Of a stretch of DNA of 64,000 nt, positions 11,143-20,277 are shown piece by piece. Positions within the stretch are counted from its first letter, which is position 1, and every line of letters starts with the position of its first letter. The notes beneath the pieces were generated by a model. It did not search any database, was not told the origin of the DNA, and saw only the letters and a program-made list of their open reading frames with translations. This DNA comes from an uncultured Actinomycetes bacterium (GTDB taxonomy: Bacteria; Actinomycetota; CADDZG01; WHSQ01). The stretch lies in NCBI GenBank assembly GCA_963746135.1, contig CAVUZZ010000003.1, forward strand, positions 1,096,294 to 1,160,293, written 5' to 3'. Made by a program: the position numbers and the translations under genes.

Positions 11143-11550
11143 CTATTTCGTCTCTGCAATCGGAAGTCTCACAATCTCGTCTGGACACACTTTGGACACG
11201 CGAGCACGCTCTCTCAGCTCGTCGAGGCGTCCCGTCAGCATGTCGTCCTGCTCCGGGAACAGGTGCCCGTAGAGCTGCAACGTCGTGCGAATGTCCTTGT
11301 GGCCGAGACGTCGCTGCACGGTTAGGGGGTTTGCGCCCTGGTCGATCATGAGCGCCGCGGTCGTGTGGCGGAGCTCGTGTGGCGTGAACCCCTCGAACCC
11401 GGCGCGTGTGGCCGCGGGATTCCAGAACCGACGCCGCCAGCTCTGGTAGAACAGGTGGCCGCCCTTCGGCGCAGGAAACACGAAGACACTTTCCGGCGCG
11501 TCGGCTAGGTGTCGCGCGAGCTCGGCGACCAGGAACGCTGGAACCGGCAC
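11143..11550 (-). pseudogene. Tyrosine recombinase/integrase, C-terminal catalytic fragment only
   Basis: The last ~135 aa of track ORF 11143-11811 are integrase-like: ..FTPHELRHTTAALMIDQG..VQRRLGHKDIRTTLQLYGHLFP.. (HxxR and Tyr nucleophile). The N-terminal domain and first catalytic Arg are missing. The rest of that ORF is antisense to a phoU fragment. Confidence 0.75.
11182..11203 (+). repeat. 11-bp-phased direct repeat tGGACAC-n3-tTGGACACgcga, 60 nt from the tRNA 3' end
   Basis: tggacacactttggacacgcga. A near-identical copy is at 18995-19017. Confidence 0.6.
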
Positions 11551-11551
11551 C

Positions 11552-11920
11552 ATGCGCCTGAAGACGTTCGGAATTCTGCGAGAGATGTCACTCGAAGCGC
11601 AGGAGCTCTTTCGCACTGCTGTCAGGGCCTGGTCGACCCGCGACCTGAGACTGGCCAAGACGCTCGAGGAGCGGGACGACGCGATGGACTTGCACAATCG
11701 CGCTCTGATGGAGGGCATCATGGCGATGAGGGGTCCCCACGCAGTGCCCACGGCGGTGAAGACACTACTTGCGGGGCGTGCTCTCGAACGTATTGCCGAC
11801 CACTCGGTCATGATCGGCGAACGTCTTCGCTACATGCTCACGGGAAATGCGGAGTCTTTGTCGGCAGAGATCCGTCCCTCCCATCGCGCGCATGGCAATG
11901 ACGCATCGCAGGGCACCTGA
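11552..11920 (+). pseudogene. phoU: PhoU-family protein, C-terminal half only
   Basis: ..RDDAMDLHNRALMEGIMA..TLLAGRALERIADHSVMIGERLRYMLTG matches the second PhoU repeat. The first repeat is absent. The fragment abuts the truncated integrase. Confidence 0.6.
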
Positions 11921-12818
11921 GCGGACCAAGGATGGCCCTAACCGGGAATCTACGAACGAACGCGTAGCCAAGCTCTCTGATGGTCAACAAAATGGGGAGA
12001 GGCGCGACATAGGAGACCGCTGAGGAGGGCAGCAGCGATGCCCAGCGGCAGTGGATGCTGCAAGACCGAGCGCGGACCTGCCTCGCTGAGCTCAGCGAAT
12101 GTAGGCTGGGTCATACGCGGGAAAGAAGGCCTCGGCAGCGCTTGAAATAACTCGTAGCTCGAGCGGTAGCCAACTGGCGCGTGTGGCTACGATTCAGCAG
12201 GGGCGGCCCAGGCAGGTTGAGCGGAAACGTTATCCGAGGTCCAGCATGAATCTGGGCCATTAAGGCTTCTATCGGAACAGTTGGGTCAGTCAGGATCCTC
12301 CTGACCTCCCTTTTGCTAAAGCTAGGTAGTGGCTGCATTGTTTTCACCCCCTTTTCCTGAGGGTAGTTTTTCCGTCACATTGAGGTCTGGACTCAGAACT
12401 CATGGCGTTTCTCCATCGCAGGATGTTGAGGAGCTCATGAACATCGGCAAGTACACGGGCAGTCTTGAATTCTGCTTTCGCCGTCAAACTGTTCGGCATA
12501 GCGGGAGTTCGGCAACTGTCGTGAATTTGGGTTGATGGCCGCCGGGGCGCTGCGGCTCCCCGTGGAAGTAGGCGGGCTGAAGGATCCTGGGAAGAACTTG
12601 GCTGCCCCGTCCGCTCACGGTCCAATTCGAACCCATTCGAGTGCCATCTCGGTACCGGCCACCATATGGGTAAGACGATGCACCCATGATGCGACTACAC
12701 GAAGTTATCCTGGTGAACCAGGCATGAACTCTTGCGGCCCCAACTTTGTCAGATCGTTACTTCTCCAGCATTGCTCGGACCTTCAAGGACGCACCTCGAT
12801 GGCGGCTGTGTTGACGCG

Positions 12819-14291
12819 CTAGCCAACCTTGACCCACCCAGCGGTGGAGGGGACTCCTTCTGAATTGAGAATGAACAACATGTAGTACCCGGGAGGCGCA
12901 TCACGGGAGCTAGGCGGGCTATCCACAGCCAAATTGTCACCCGAGCGAGTGAATGGAAGACTTAGATATCGCTGGTCGAAGACTGTCGAATGGGTTGTCG
13001 ACGGCGATCTTATGAGAGCCACCTTGGATACTTCTCCGGCGTTCGGAGATGTGACGTTGAACTTGGTTCCGTAACTCACCTGGCTTGGAGAGCTGGAAAT
13101 GACTGGCCTAGGTCCCTTAAACAGATATGGGGGCGAGAATATCTCCGCGGTCTTCTGCAGAGTGCCGCGGTCGCCTCCAGCCGAGAGCACTCGCCCATCA
13201 GGCAGCAGGACGGCTGTGGAATGATGAGCGCGCACGGCGGCTTGCGTCGCCATCACGGTCCAGGTCTTCGTCACGGGATCAAAGAGTTCTGCGGTCTTGA
13301 CTGGGTTTTCATACGCACCGGGACCCCTTGCTCCCCCGACCGCGAGAACCGTCCCGTCAGGGAGCACGACCGAGCTCCCTTCCTTACGAGCGAGGTTCAT
13401 CGGCGTGGTGAACTCCCACTGCGGATTACTGCCTGAGAGATCAATCAGCTCGGCGGACGCAGTGGCGTTTCCTACTTCCTGTTGAGAGCCGCCGAATGCC
13501 AGCACCTTGTTTTGGCCGGGAAGCAGAACCGAAATTCCGTCGCCACGGGGCCCAAAGTTCAAGGTGTCTACTGTTGACCATGTATTTGTTGCTGGATCGA
13601 AAAGCTTGGAGACGGACGCAAGTGGATCGGTGGTTACACCTGAGTAGAAGAGCTTGCCACTTGGCAGCAGATGGATTCGCGGGTAGAGACCGATCTTTTG
13701 GGTCGCGGTTGCAGGCAAACGCGTGAGGGTGTTGCTGGCGGGATTGTACTTGTCCACCGTATTGGACCAGGTCTTTGGATTCGCCCACCCTCCCATGATG
13801 AGAACCTCGCCGTTGGGCAACTGCGCATTAGTGGGATACCAGCGAGGCTCACTGAGTAGCGGACCATTCGACCACGAATTGGTGCTCGGATTGAACAGAT
13901 CCGTCCCTCGCACACCAATCTTCCCCGTGAGTTGCAGGTTGCCGCCCGTTAGGTATGCGCGCCCGTTGGTTAGGAGTGAAGGCCCGGAGCAGTAGAAATC
14001 TCGCTCTGGATCGGGATGAGCGACGTCCATCGTCTGCTTCGTCGCGGGATCGAACAACCTTTCGGCGGTGGGTTTGTCTAATCGGGGTCGAGAGATCATT
14101 AGTACCTTGCTGTTGGGCAGCACCACCGTGTGCACAGCCTGTATTCCAATTGCAAAGGGCGCAGACCATGCTCCCTTCAACACATCTGCCCTTGCCGGCG
14201 ATTTCGTCCCGGGCCCGTACACGGTCGACAGCAACAAGGTGAGAAGTAGGCCAATGCCGCACAAACTTCTTCTACCTTTTCTGTAGTTCAC
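12819..14291 (-). CDS. Secreted galactose oxidase / glyoxal oxidase-like copper radical oxidase homologue (Kelch propeller plus C-terminal E-set/DUF1929-like domain)
   Basis: 490-aa ORF with a signal peptide. Motifs are FYCSG (Cys of the Cys-Tyr cofactor), RWYPT, RAHHSTAVLLPDGRV and TTHSTVFDQRY. Repeated LFDP/YNP..W blades are present. Confidence 0.8.
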   Translation of the reverse strand: MNYRKGRRSLCGIGLLLTLLLSTVYGPGTKSPARADVLKGAWSAPFAIGIQAVHTVVLPNSKVLMISRPRLDKPTAERLFDPATKQTMDVAHPDPERDFYCSGPSLLTNGRAYLTGGNLQLTGKIGVRGTDLFNPSTNSWSNGPLLSEPRWYPTNAQLPNGEVLIMGGWANPKTWSNTVDKYNPASNTLTRLPATATQKIGLYPRIHLLPSGKLFYSGVTTDPLASVSKLFDPATNTWSTVDTLNFGPRGDGISVLLPGQNKVLAFGGSQQEVGNATASAELIDLSGSNPQWEFTTPMNLARKEGSSVVLPDGTVLAVGGARGPGAYENPVKTAELFDPVTKTWTVMATQAAVRAHHSTAVLLPDGRVLSAGGDRGTLQKTAEIFSPPYLFKGPRPVISSSPSQVSYGTKFNVTSPNAGEVSKVALIRSPSTTHSTVFDQRYLSLPFTRSGDNLAVDSPPSSRDAPPGYYMLFILNSEGVPSTAGWVKVG

Positions 14292-14300
14292 CCGTCCTCC

Positions 14301-14650
14301 TTATGCGAGCATAGTGAACCAAGGTCTAAACGCGCCCTTTTCTCGAATTTTCACGTGGGCTGTCGAGATGGTGGCCCCACTGTCATCCCTCGCCGTGGTC
14401 AAGAGAGTGGCGGACTCAGGCTGCCCGAAGAATGGATCCGGCTGGAATGCGACTACCTCAGTACAAATCTCGCCGGGTTTCAATTCGTTCACGCCCTAAC
14501 CGGACAGAAAGCACGTCGATTCCGATTGTCCCCGGAGAGAAGTCGTCCGGAACCTCGACCGTGTCGATCGTGATGAAGATGTTTTGAGAACTCGTGTTGG
14601 ATACTTCCTGGACCTCGGTGGTGAATGACCCGAATCGCTGATGGCCGAAG
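14301..14650 (-). pseudogene. Fragmentary beta-sandwich (choice-of-anchor-D/ASH-like) gene remnant
   Basis: Two frames carry protein-like text with no start codon: FTTEVQEVSNTSSQNIFITIDTVEVPDDFSPGTIGIDVLSV, then NELKPGEICTEVVAFQPDPFFGQPESATLLTTARDD. Confidence 0.3.
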
Positions 14651-14838
14651 TACTACCTGAATAAACTGTGCGGCGCTCACACCTCAAAAGCTACTTCGTG
14701 GATGTGGCGCGAAGATGAACGACTTGCCTCGGCAACGCTCTCGAAGTCAATGAATCGGACATCTCGGCTCCCCTGATCTTTTTCTCGAACAGCGCCTCAC
14801 CAGGCTCTCAATCGGATCACGTTGGCTCGGACCGGAAC

Positions 14839-14958
14839 TCACTTGACGAACTTGTAGCCCAGTCCTCTGATGGTCAATAGGTCTGGTGCGTGACGTGGAC
14901 AGAAACCGATTCCGCGGGCTGAGCCAAGGATTTTCGAAGTCCGGCGGAGAATTACGCA
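14839..14958 (-). pseudogene. C-terminal remnant (~39 aa) of an OmpR-family response regulator
   Basis: Own translation gives CVILRRTSKILGSARGIGFCPRHAPDLLTIRGLGYKFVK then stop. It is preceded by an in-frame stop. TIRGLGYKF is the winged-helix C-terminal signature. Confidence 0.5.
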
Positions 14959-15126
14959 CTAAGCATCTAGCGTGTGGGTAACCGTGCAATTACGCTTCGC
15001 ATTGTTCTGCGCTACCGCACCCGCGAGCGGCAAGCGCAACTAGAGAGAGGTGCGCCGACTGGCTTTCGCAGCGCACCTCTCCTCGCGAAACGGTCCGGCT
15101 CCATCCCACCTGCGCCAGCAAGCGAA

Positions 15127-15215
15127 GGGATCCCGCGAGCAGAGTGCCCCGCTTCGACCACCGTTGTACTGAGAAAGGCCGCGTAGGTAAAGGGGGCTGT
15201 CCGTTATCAGAGGTA
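15127..15215 (-). repeat. Copy 1 of a ~90-nt duplicated non-coding element
   Basis: Shares its ends with 17670-17765. One end is gggatccc(g/c)cgagca(g/a)agt..ccgcttc. The other is an identical 29-mer, gtaaagggggctgtccgttatcagaggta. On the minus strand it follows a 29-codon ORF (15222-15311). Confidence 0.7.
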
Positions 15216-15324
15216 TCCACATTATGGGACAGCGTTCGGGAAGCCCAAAGCGCGCGAGCATCCGGACCGACAGGGAATGGCTCCGCTCTCAGGACCCCGT
15301 TTTTTCGACATCCGAGGCGCGACA

Positions 15325-15346
15325 AACGCCCGCCGAAGCGGGCGTT
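15325..15346 (-). terminator. Perfect 9-bp GC hairpin
   Basis: aacgcccgc-cgaa-gcgggcgtt. On the minus strand it is followed by tgtcg (poor T tract). Its function is uncertain. Confidence 0.3.
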
Positions 15347-15632
15347 CTCTATCCTTGACCTCCTTGTCGTGCGGTCGATTGATGAATCGAAGCATTCCCT
15401 GCCCTCAAGGAAATGCAGTCCGTCGGCGAGTGGGAAAGGGGTGGGTTATGGGGTGACCTTTCGAGTTTGTCTCGCAGCTCTCCTCGCCGTACCCTCAACG
15501 ACTACGAGGGATCGCGATGCCAGAGATCAGAATTCACTCATTGGGCATCTCCTGCTCCCAACGCTTCAGAAAAGGGGGTGAGGGCGAGCCTCAGCTACCG
15601 GCCCGCCCTCGAATGAAGCTACTTCTGAGTCG

Positions 15633-17516
15633 CTACCTTCGCGCGTACATCGCGTCTTGGGCGTACCCGTCGTGCCGTTCGCCCGTGTAGGGATCAATCT
15701 GCGGAGACACCTCGAAGCGATTGAGGCCGGTCCACACGACGTGTATCCGGTCCAGGGAATCGACTTGCAAGCCGGTGTAGTCACCATGGAACTGGTTGCA
15801 GTCCTTCCCCAAGTCGTTCGGTTCGGGAGTCCCGGGATCGTTGTAGCCGACGGGTCCACAGACTGTCGGCCAATCCGGTCGCGGTACGTACTGACCGGAC
15901 CAGTGCGTAACCGAGACATCGATGTTCTCGGCAGCACCTAGCGTCTGCTTGCCCGCGCCTTCAGTCCACAGGACGTGGTGGAAAGTGTCGTTGGCCGGAA
16001 CCGCACCCACCGGCTGCTGATCATCTTCGTCCCATCCGATGGCGAGGGTTCCATCTGACTTCTGGTCCGCCCACGGGAACCATTGGTGGCGGCCACCGGC
16101 GGTGTCGACCACGGTTCGCCCCGTCCACGTCTGGCCACGATTGAAGGACTCGGACTTGTAGATGCTGATGTCCGAACCAGGGCCCGCGTGACAGGGGTCG
16201 TAGTCGGGTGCCTCCGGAGTCTCTTCTATGCAATCGTCATTCGCGGTTCCTGCAACGAACGGATTCGCTGTGCCGCGATCGGACCACACGACGGTTAGGT
16301 GCGATGGGTCCGACGGGTCCACGGTGATGTTTCCAGCCGAGGTCCACCGGATCTGGTGGCCCCAGACGGTCGGACTACCGATGACGGAGTAGGGCATGTC
16401 TGAGGCTCCGTCCTCGAGTTGCGCGGCCTGCCAGGGCCCCTCAAAGGTGCCACCACCGTTGGTCGAGCGCACCACCATGATCTGATCGTCGAAGTCCTCT
16501 GGTGTCTCCCAGACGGCATCGTTCTGCGCGTTCAGGAAATGGATGTAGAGCGTTCCATCGGGAGCAACCTCCGGAATAGAGAACTGATCCTCATCACAGT
16601 CTGTTCCGCCTCCGGTGGTTTGGAAGGTGCAACTTGGATGGCTCTTTGAGATCTCTTGCGGCTGTGACCAAGTCTGACCCCCATCGTCTGAGTAACTGAG
16701 GTAGATCGGGCTCTCGGCGTAGCTTCCGAAGGGACCGTTGAGGAACCTCGTCGATGTGAGGTAGGCGCGACCGTAGAAATCCGAGTCGGGGTTGTTATCG
16801 ACGGTGAGCCACTCTTTGTCGAAGAACACCGCCTTGTTTGCGGGGCCGATGCCGGTGCCCTTGCCCTTCATGACTGTGATCGGCTCAGACCACCGCAGTC
16901 CGCCGTTGGTCGACCGGCTGACAGCGACATCCCCTTGAGAGACCCACGGCCCGCTCAATCCCCCGAGGTTCTCCAACTGCGCCATAAGAACCACGTTGTG
17001 CTTGGCGTCGAAGGCGGGGGATGGGTCTCCCGCTCCGTTTCCTGAGCGCATCGGGACCTGACCGTCGACCCACGTCGCGCCCCCGTCGAACGACGTGAAG
17101 AAACCCGTCGGCACGATCGCCTGACGAGCGCCGGTCGAGTTATTGAAGCGATAGAAGTAGTCATTGGAGCCCGCAACGATGTGCTGTGGATCCTCGGGAT
17201 TCACCGCAACTGCGAGTTCGTTGTCAGGAGCCCAATCCTGCCCGTACTGCTGTGTGTTGCAGCTGATGTCGACAACCGCAACGGGATTTCCGGCGCTATT
17301 GCAGCGGAATCCTTCTATCTGTACTTTCGAGAAATTACCGTCTGTTTGTCCGGGCTTGAGCGACTTGGCCCCGGCTATCGCAGGTGGCTTCAGTCTCACG
17401 AACATTCGCGCGGTTCCGAAAGGCCGATCTCGCCCAAACGACGGAGCCACTGCCGCCGCCAAGAGCGCAAGCGCGCAAACCATGCACGCGAGAATCTTCC
17501 GAGTCCATCTATTCAT
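15633..17516 (-). CDS. Secreted BNR/Asp-box repeat protein (sialidase-like beta-propeller fold)
   Basis: 627-aa ORF with a signal peptide. Five SxDxGxTW-type Asp boxes: SFDGGATW, STNGGLRW, SDDGGQTW, STNGGGTF, SFNRGQTW. Confidence 0.8.
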   Translation of the reverse strand: MNRWTRKILACMVCALALLAAAVAPSFGRDRPFGTARMFVRLKPPAIAGAKSLKPGQTDGNFSKVQIEGFRCNSAGNPVAVVDISCNTQQYGQDWAPDNELAVAVNPEDPQHIVAGSNDYFYRFNNSTGARQAIVPTGFFTSFDGGATWVDGQVPMRSGNGAGDPSPAFDAKHNVVLMAQLENLGGLSGPWVSQGDVAVSRSTNGGLRWSEPITVMKGKGTGIGPANKAVFFDKEWLTVDNNPDSDFYGRAYLTSTRFLNGPFGSYAESPIYLSYSDDGGQTWSQPQEISKSHPSCTFQTTGGGTDCDEDQFSIPEVAPDGTLYIHFLNAQNDAVWETPEDFDDQIMVVRSTNGGGTFEGPWQAAQLEDGASDMPYSVIGSPTVWGHQIRWTSAGNITVDPSDPSHLTVVWSDRGTANPFVAGTANDDCIEETPEAPDYDPCHAGPGSDISIYKSESFNRGQTWTGRTVVDTAGGRHQWFPWADQKSDGTLAIGWDEDDQQPVGAVPANDTFHHVLWTEGAGKQTLGAAENIDVSVTHWSGQYVPRPDWPTVCGPVGYNDPGTPEPNDLGKDCNQFHGDYTGLQVDSLDRIHVVWTGLNRFEVSPQIDPYTGERHDGYAQDAMYARR

Positions 17517-17669
17517 GCAACAACCCCCCTCAACGAGCCAATTCCCCCCAGGATCGAGCTAGACACTGATCTGGAGGGGTGTCAAGGCACTTCATTTATT
17601 TGATGGTTGTGTGCTGTTCTCTGGAGCATGGGGGGCATCCAACCAAGTAACGGAGGCAAGTTGGGATGA

Positions 17670-17765
17670 GGGATCCCCCGAGCAAAGTTCCGCTTCAACT
17701 AGTTGCCACATCCGTTCTAGCGAGTCGGGACGAACCGTAAAGGGGGCTGTCCGTTATCAGAGGTA
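17670..17765 (-). repeat. Copy 2 of the ~90-nt duplicated element
   Basis: See 15127-15215. On the minus strand it starts 1 nt after the stop of the 69-aa ORF. It lies in the leader of the BNR gene. Confidence 0.7.
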
Positions 17766-17766
17766 C

Positions 17767-17976
17767 CTAACCTGTGGGCAGAGCTTCCGATTTGTCCTCA
17801 GCACCGGAAGGCTTGCTCTGCATGTCTTCGCAACTTCCACAAAGAGGCGAGTCATTCGTTCCGTTCCTGCGATGCTGCGGAAGGATTTGCACTCCATTCG
17901 GGCAGTCAGCAAACACGTGATACCTATCCAGATCGCTCGGATCAATCGAGTAATACGGGTCGGATGGAATCGTCAT
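17767..17976 (-). CDS. Small Cys-containing hypothetical protein (69 aa)
   Basis: ATG 17976 preceded by ggag at 6-nt spacing. Reads ..YHVFADCPNGVQILPQHRRNGTNDSPLCGSCEDM.., a C..CxxC pattern. No family is firmly recognised. Confidence 0.5.
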   Translation of the reverse strand: MTIPSDPYYSIDPSDLDRYHVFADCPNGVQILPQHRRNGTNDSPLCGSCEDMQSKPSGAEDKSEALPTG

Positions 17977-18309
17977 GAGTTTCTCCGCGTCGTCGGCCCA
18001 CTTGAGACTTGCGAGCGAACCGGGGGGTGGGCACGGTGGTGATCCCCCCGGCTCTGCTCGTCTTGACCGTCTACCCGGACGATCTCAGAGGCACCAAATA
18101 AGTCATGAGTTCAGTGGCCTCACTGAGGGGCGCGGGGTCGCAACCTTTCGTGGGAAGAAAAACGGTCCCGCCCATCGACAAAGACTGTCTCACTCAAGAG
18201 GCTTCAGAATCGCTCCGGTGGCACTTGGCTAGGGGGCGGGACGTCATCGCGGGAGCGTGGGAAGCTGGGATGCACGCGCAGCGTCGCGTGATTTGACTTT
18301 TCAGGGTTT

Positions 18310-18852
18310 TCATCCTGGGTCAGGCGCGGCGCGCATTTCGGCATAAGCCGTGTCCGCGAGCTCCTGAACCTTTTCGTGAAGCTCCTTCCTGATCTCGTCG
18401 ACCTTCTTCCACTGGTCCACAATCGAGTGCCCATATGACTTGTTCAATGTCGACCCCGCGCTTTTAATCGTCTTGCATGCTGTCGAGAAGCCAAGCCGCA
18501 GCAAAGAAATCATTGCGGCGTTCCGCCCACATCCCGAGGATGGCTTTGACCTTTGGACTGCCATGAACGTCGATCCACGCCTGGGCCAACCGAACGCGCT
18601 CCATTTCGGGCTGCTGCGGCTGCTCCGAACCGGCTTCCTCCACACCGGTTTCGTCGCGTTGACGAGTTCCATCACCCAGCGAACCATGTGCATCATGTCC
18701 TCGTAGGCAGCGCGGGCCCGCTCCTGCTGGGCCAGTGTGCGTTGAGCCCCCAGCGTCTGCCGGTTGATTTTGGCTTGCGTCCGGGCGATTATCCAGACGG
18801 TGACTATTGCGACGAGCGCGGGAACGACGATAGCCAGCTGCTCCGTGGTCAT
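18310..18852 (-). pseudogene. Membrane-anchored hypothetical protein, apparently frameshifted twice
   Basis: The N- and C-terminal thirds of track ORF 18310-18852 look protein-like. The middle third only looks protein-like in the frame of ORF 18464-19243 (..PEMERVRLAQAWIDVHGSPKVKAILGMWAERRNDFFAAAWLLDSMQ). Confidence 0.35.
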
Positions 18853-18994
18853 GCCGGTTCAATAGTAATTGGAACCCGTCCCGGTCGACGGCCCGGGGCA
18901 CCCCGAACGCGCAACCGCCCCCACCGGGGAAGATGAGGGCGGCACGCGCGAGCGGGATCGACGATCCCTGAGGGCGACCGGGTGAGGTACGGCG

Positions 18995-19017
18995 TTGGAC
19001 ACGGGTTGGACACGCGA
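18995..19017 (+). repeat. 11-bp-phased direct repeat TTGGACAC-ggg-TTGGACACgcga, 117 nt before the tRNA-half copy
   Basis: ttggacacgggttggacacgcga, matching 11182-11203. Confidence 0.6.
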
Positions 19018-19133
19018 CGGGTGAAAAACGTCGATAAACGACGGCAACCCTAGACCCTTGAGATACTGCCGATGAGCAGGGAATCCACAAGAATCGGCAG
19101 ACGTTGTGAAACGACGAAAACAACCCTGAACTT

Positions 19134-19180
19134 CGCTTACAACGCAGATGTCGGCAGTTCGATCCTGCCACCGCCCACCA
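19134..19180 (+). repeat. Copy of the tRNA-Val 3' half, anticodon loop to CCA (att-type direct repeat)
   Basis: cgcttacaacgcagatgtcggcagttcgatcctgccaccgcccacca has 6 mismatches against tRNA nt 11076-11122. The T-stem changes are compensatory (ggcag/ctgcc). Confidence 0.8.
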
Positions 19181-19223
19181 GCAATAACGGCGCGTGACCT
19201 GCAAGAACGCTGATTGAGTCCTG

Positions 19224-19254
19224 TGGTCACGATGACTCGGCAATGGTCACGATG
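19224..19254 (+). repeat. Direct repeat TGGTCACGATG x2, 20 nt apart
   Basis: tggtcacgatgactcggcaatggtcacgatg, 44 nt after the tRNA-half copy. Confidence 0.5.
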
Positions 19255-19305
19255 TCCTTCTGCTGACTGCACATAGTCTGCACGACCTCTGAGCGCGCCT
19301 GATCC

Positions 19306-19371
19306 AAGGCCCTCTGTCAGGTCCGCGTCGCGGTGCGGGAAAAGATGCCCGTAGGTCCCAAGGCGCTGCAC
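19306..19371 (-). pseudogene. Second tyrosine-integrase remnant (~22 aa of the C-terminus)
   Basis: QRLGTYGHLFPHRDADLTEGL parallels RRLGH..LQLYGHLFPEQDDMLTGRL of the first integrase. Position and orientation relative to the tRNA-half copy are the same. Confidence 0.45.
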
Positions 19372-19555
19372 CCCTGATAAGGGTGAGGTCGGTGAAAAGT
19401 AAACGACTTTCGCTCGTCAGCGACTTGCGAATTTGACGTGATCACAGCGCTCGGCTGGTCCTGTTTTGCAAGAAAAGGTCGTCGGCTCGATTCCCGTCCG
19501 CTCCACCGAACCCGACACTGCGCGAAACAAGGACGAAATATAGGCGCGGTGTAGA

Positions 19556-19570
19556 TTGACATCATGTCAA
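19556..19570. promoter_or_regulatory. Perfect palindrome TTGACAT-c-ATGTCAA overlapping the TetR start codon; candidate autoregulatory operator
   Basis: Read directly. The ATG of the TetR gene (19564) lies inside the palindrome. Confidence 0.4.
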
Positions 19571-20220
19571 GCCAAGCGGTGCCCTACGGCGAGCCTGAGA
19601 CGCGGGACCGGATTCTCGAAGCAGCCTGGGACCTCCTCGAGAAGCGAGGCTCCACTGTAAGGATCTCCGACGTGGCCCATGCGGCAGGCGTCTCACGCCA
19701 GGCCGTCTATCTCCACTTTGGTGATCGATCAGGGTTGTTTGTCGCGCTCGTCGACCATGTAGACATCAGTTTCGGGTCCGCGGATCTGAGGGCACAAATT
19801 TTCGGCGCGCCGACTGGCGTTGAGTCATTGCGCCGGTGGATTGAAACTATGAGTTGGTACACGGAGAAAATTGACGCTATTTCGCAGGTGCTTGAGTCAT
19901 CGCAATATCAGGACGAGGCGCTGGGCGCCGCCTGGCGGAACCGGATGAACCGGCGCCAAGAAATCATCCGCACGATCGTCGAGCGCATCGCCAAGGAGGG
20001 TCACCTTGCCGAGGGATGGACCATTGACACCGTCGTGGACCTCGTTTACGCCATCACACTGATCGGGTTGTGGCGCGAGCTCACGAGGGAACTCGGGTGG
20101 ACCCATGGGCAGTACGCCGAGCGCATCTGTGCGATGGCGCGGAGATGTTTCCTTACCGAATCAAGCAGAGCAGATGTCTACTTGACACACTGTCTAGCGG
20201 GCACGCTAGGGTCTACTTGA
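19564..20220 (+). CDS. TetR/AcrR family transcriptional regulator
   Basis: N-terminal HTH: TRDRILEAAWDLLEKRG..VRISDVAHAAGVSRQAVYLHFGDRSGLF. Confidence 0.85.
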   Translation: MSSQAVPYGEPETRDRILEAAWDLLEKRGSTVRISDVAHAAGVSRQAVYLHFGDRSGLFVALVDHVDISFGSADLRAQIFGAPTGVESLRRWIETMSWYTEKIDAISQVLESSQYQDEALGAAWRNRMNRRQEIIRTIVERIAKEGHLAEGWTIDTVVDLVYAITLIGLWRELTRELGWTHGQYAERICAMARRCFLTESSRADVYLTHCLAGTLGST

Positions 20221-20277
20221 CATCACGTAAACTCGAGGGCATGGCTTTCGAAGCAAGCGCCGGGAGGGAGAACGGGC

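Larger units (their letters stand above)
11123..19180. mobile_element. Decayed integrative island A at tRNA-Val
   Basis: Starts right after the intact tRNA with an integrase remnant. Ends at a 47-nt copy of the tRNA 3' half (19134-19180). G+C looks lower by eye. It contains many gene fragments. Confidence 0.6.

Noticed and set aside
15127-15134. gggatccc palindrome at the start of both ~90-nt element copies, considered as an operator
   Set aside because: An 8-bp GC-rich palindrome (a BamHI site with flanks) is too short to interpret on its own. It is reported only as part of the larger duplicated element.
19459-19507. tRNA-like 3' fragment (..ctgttttgcaagaaaaggtcgtcggctcgattcccgtccgctccacc), possibly a Cys(GCA)-like remnant
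   Set aside because: No 5' acceptor strand is present. The anticodon stem has a mismatch and the T stem does not pair. At best it is a very old att scar, so it is not called as a feature.
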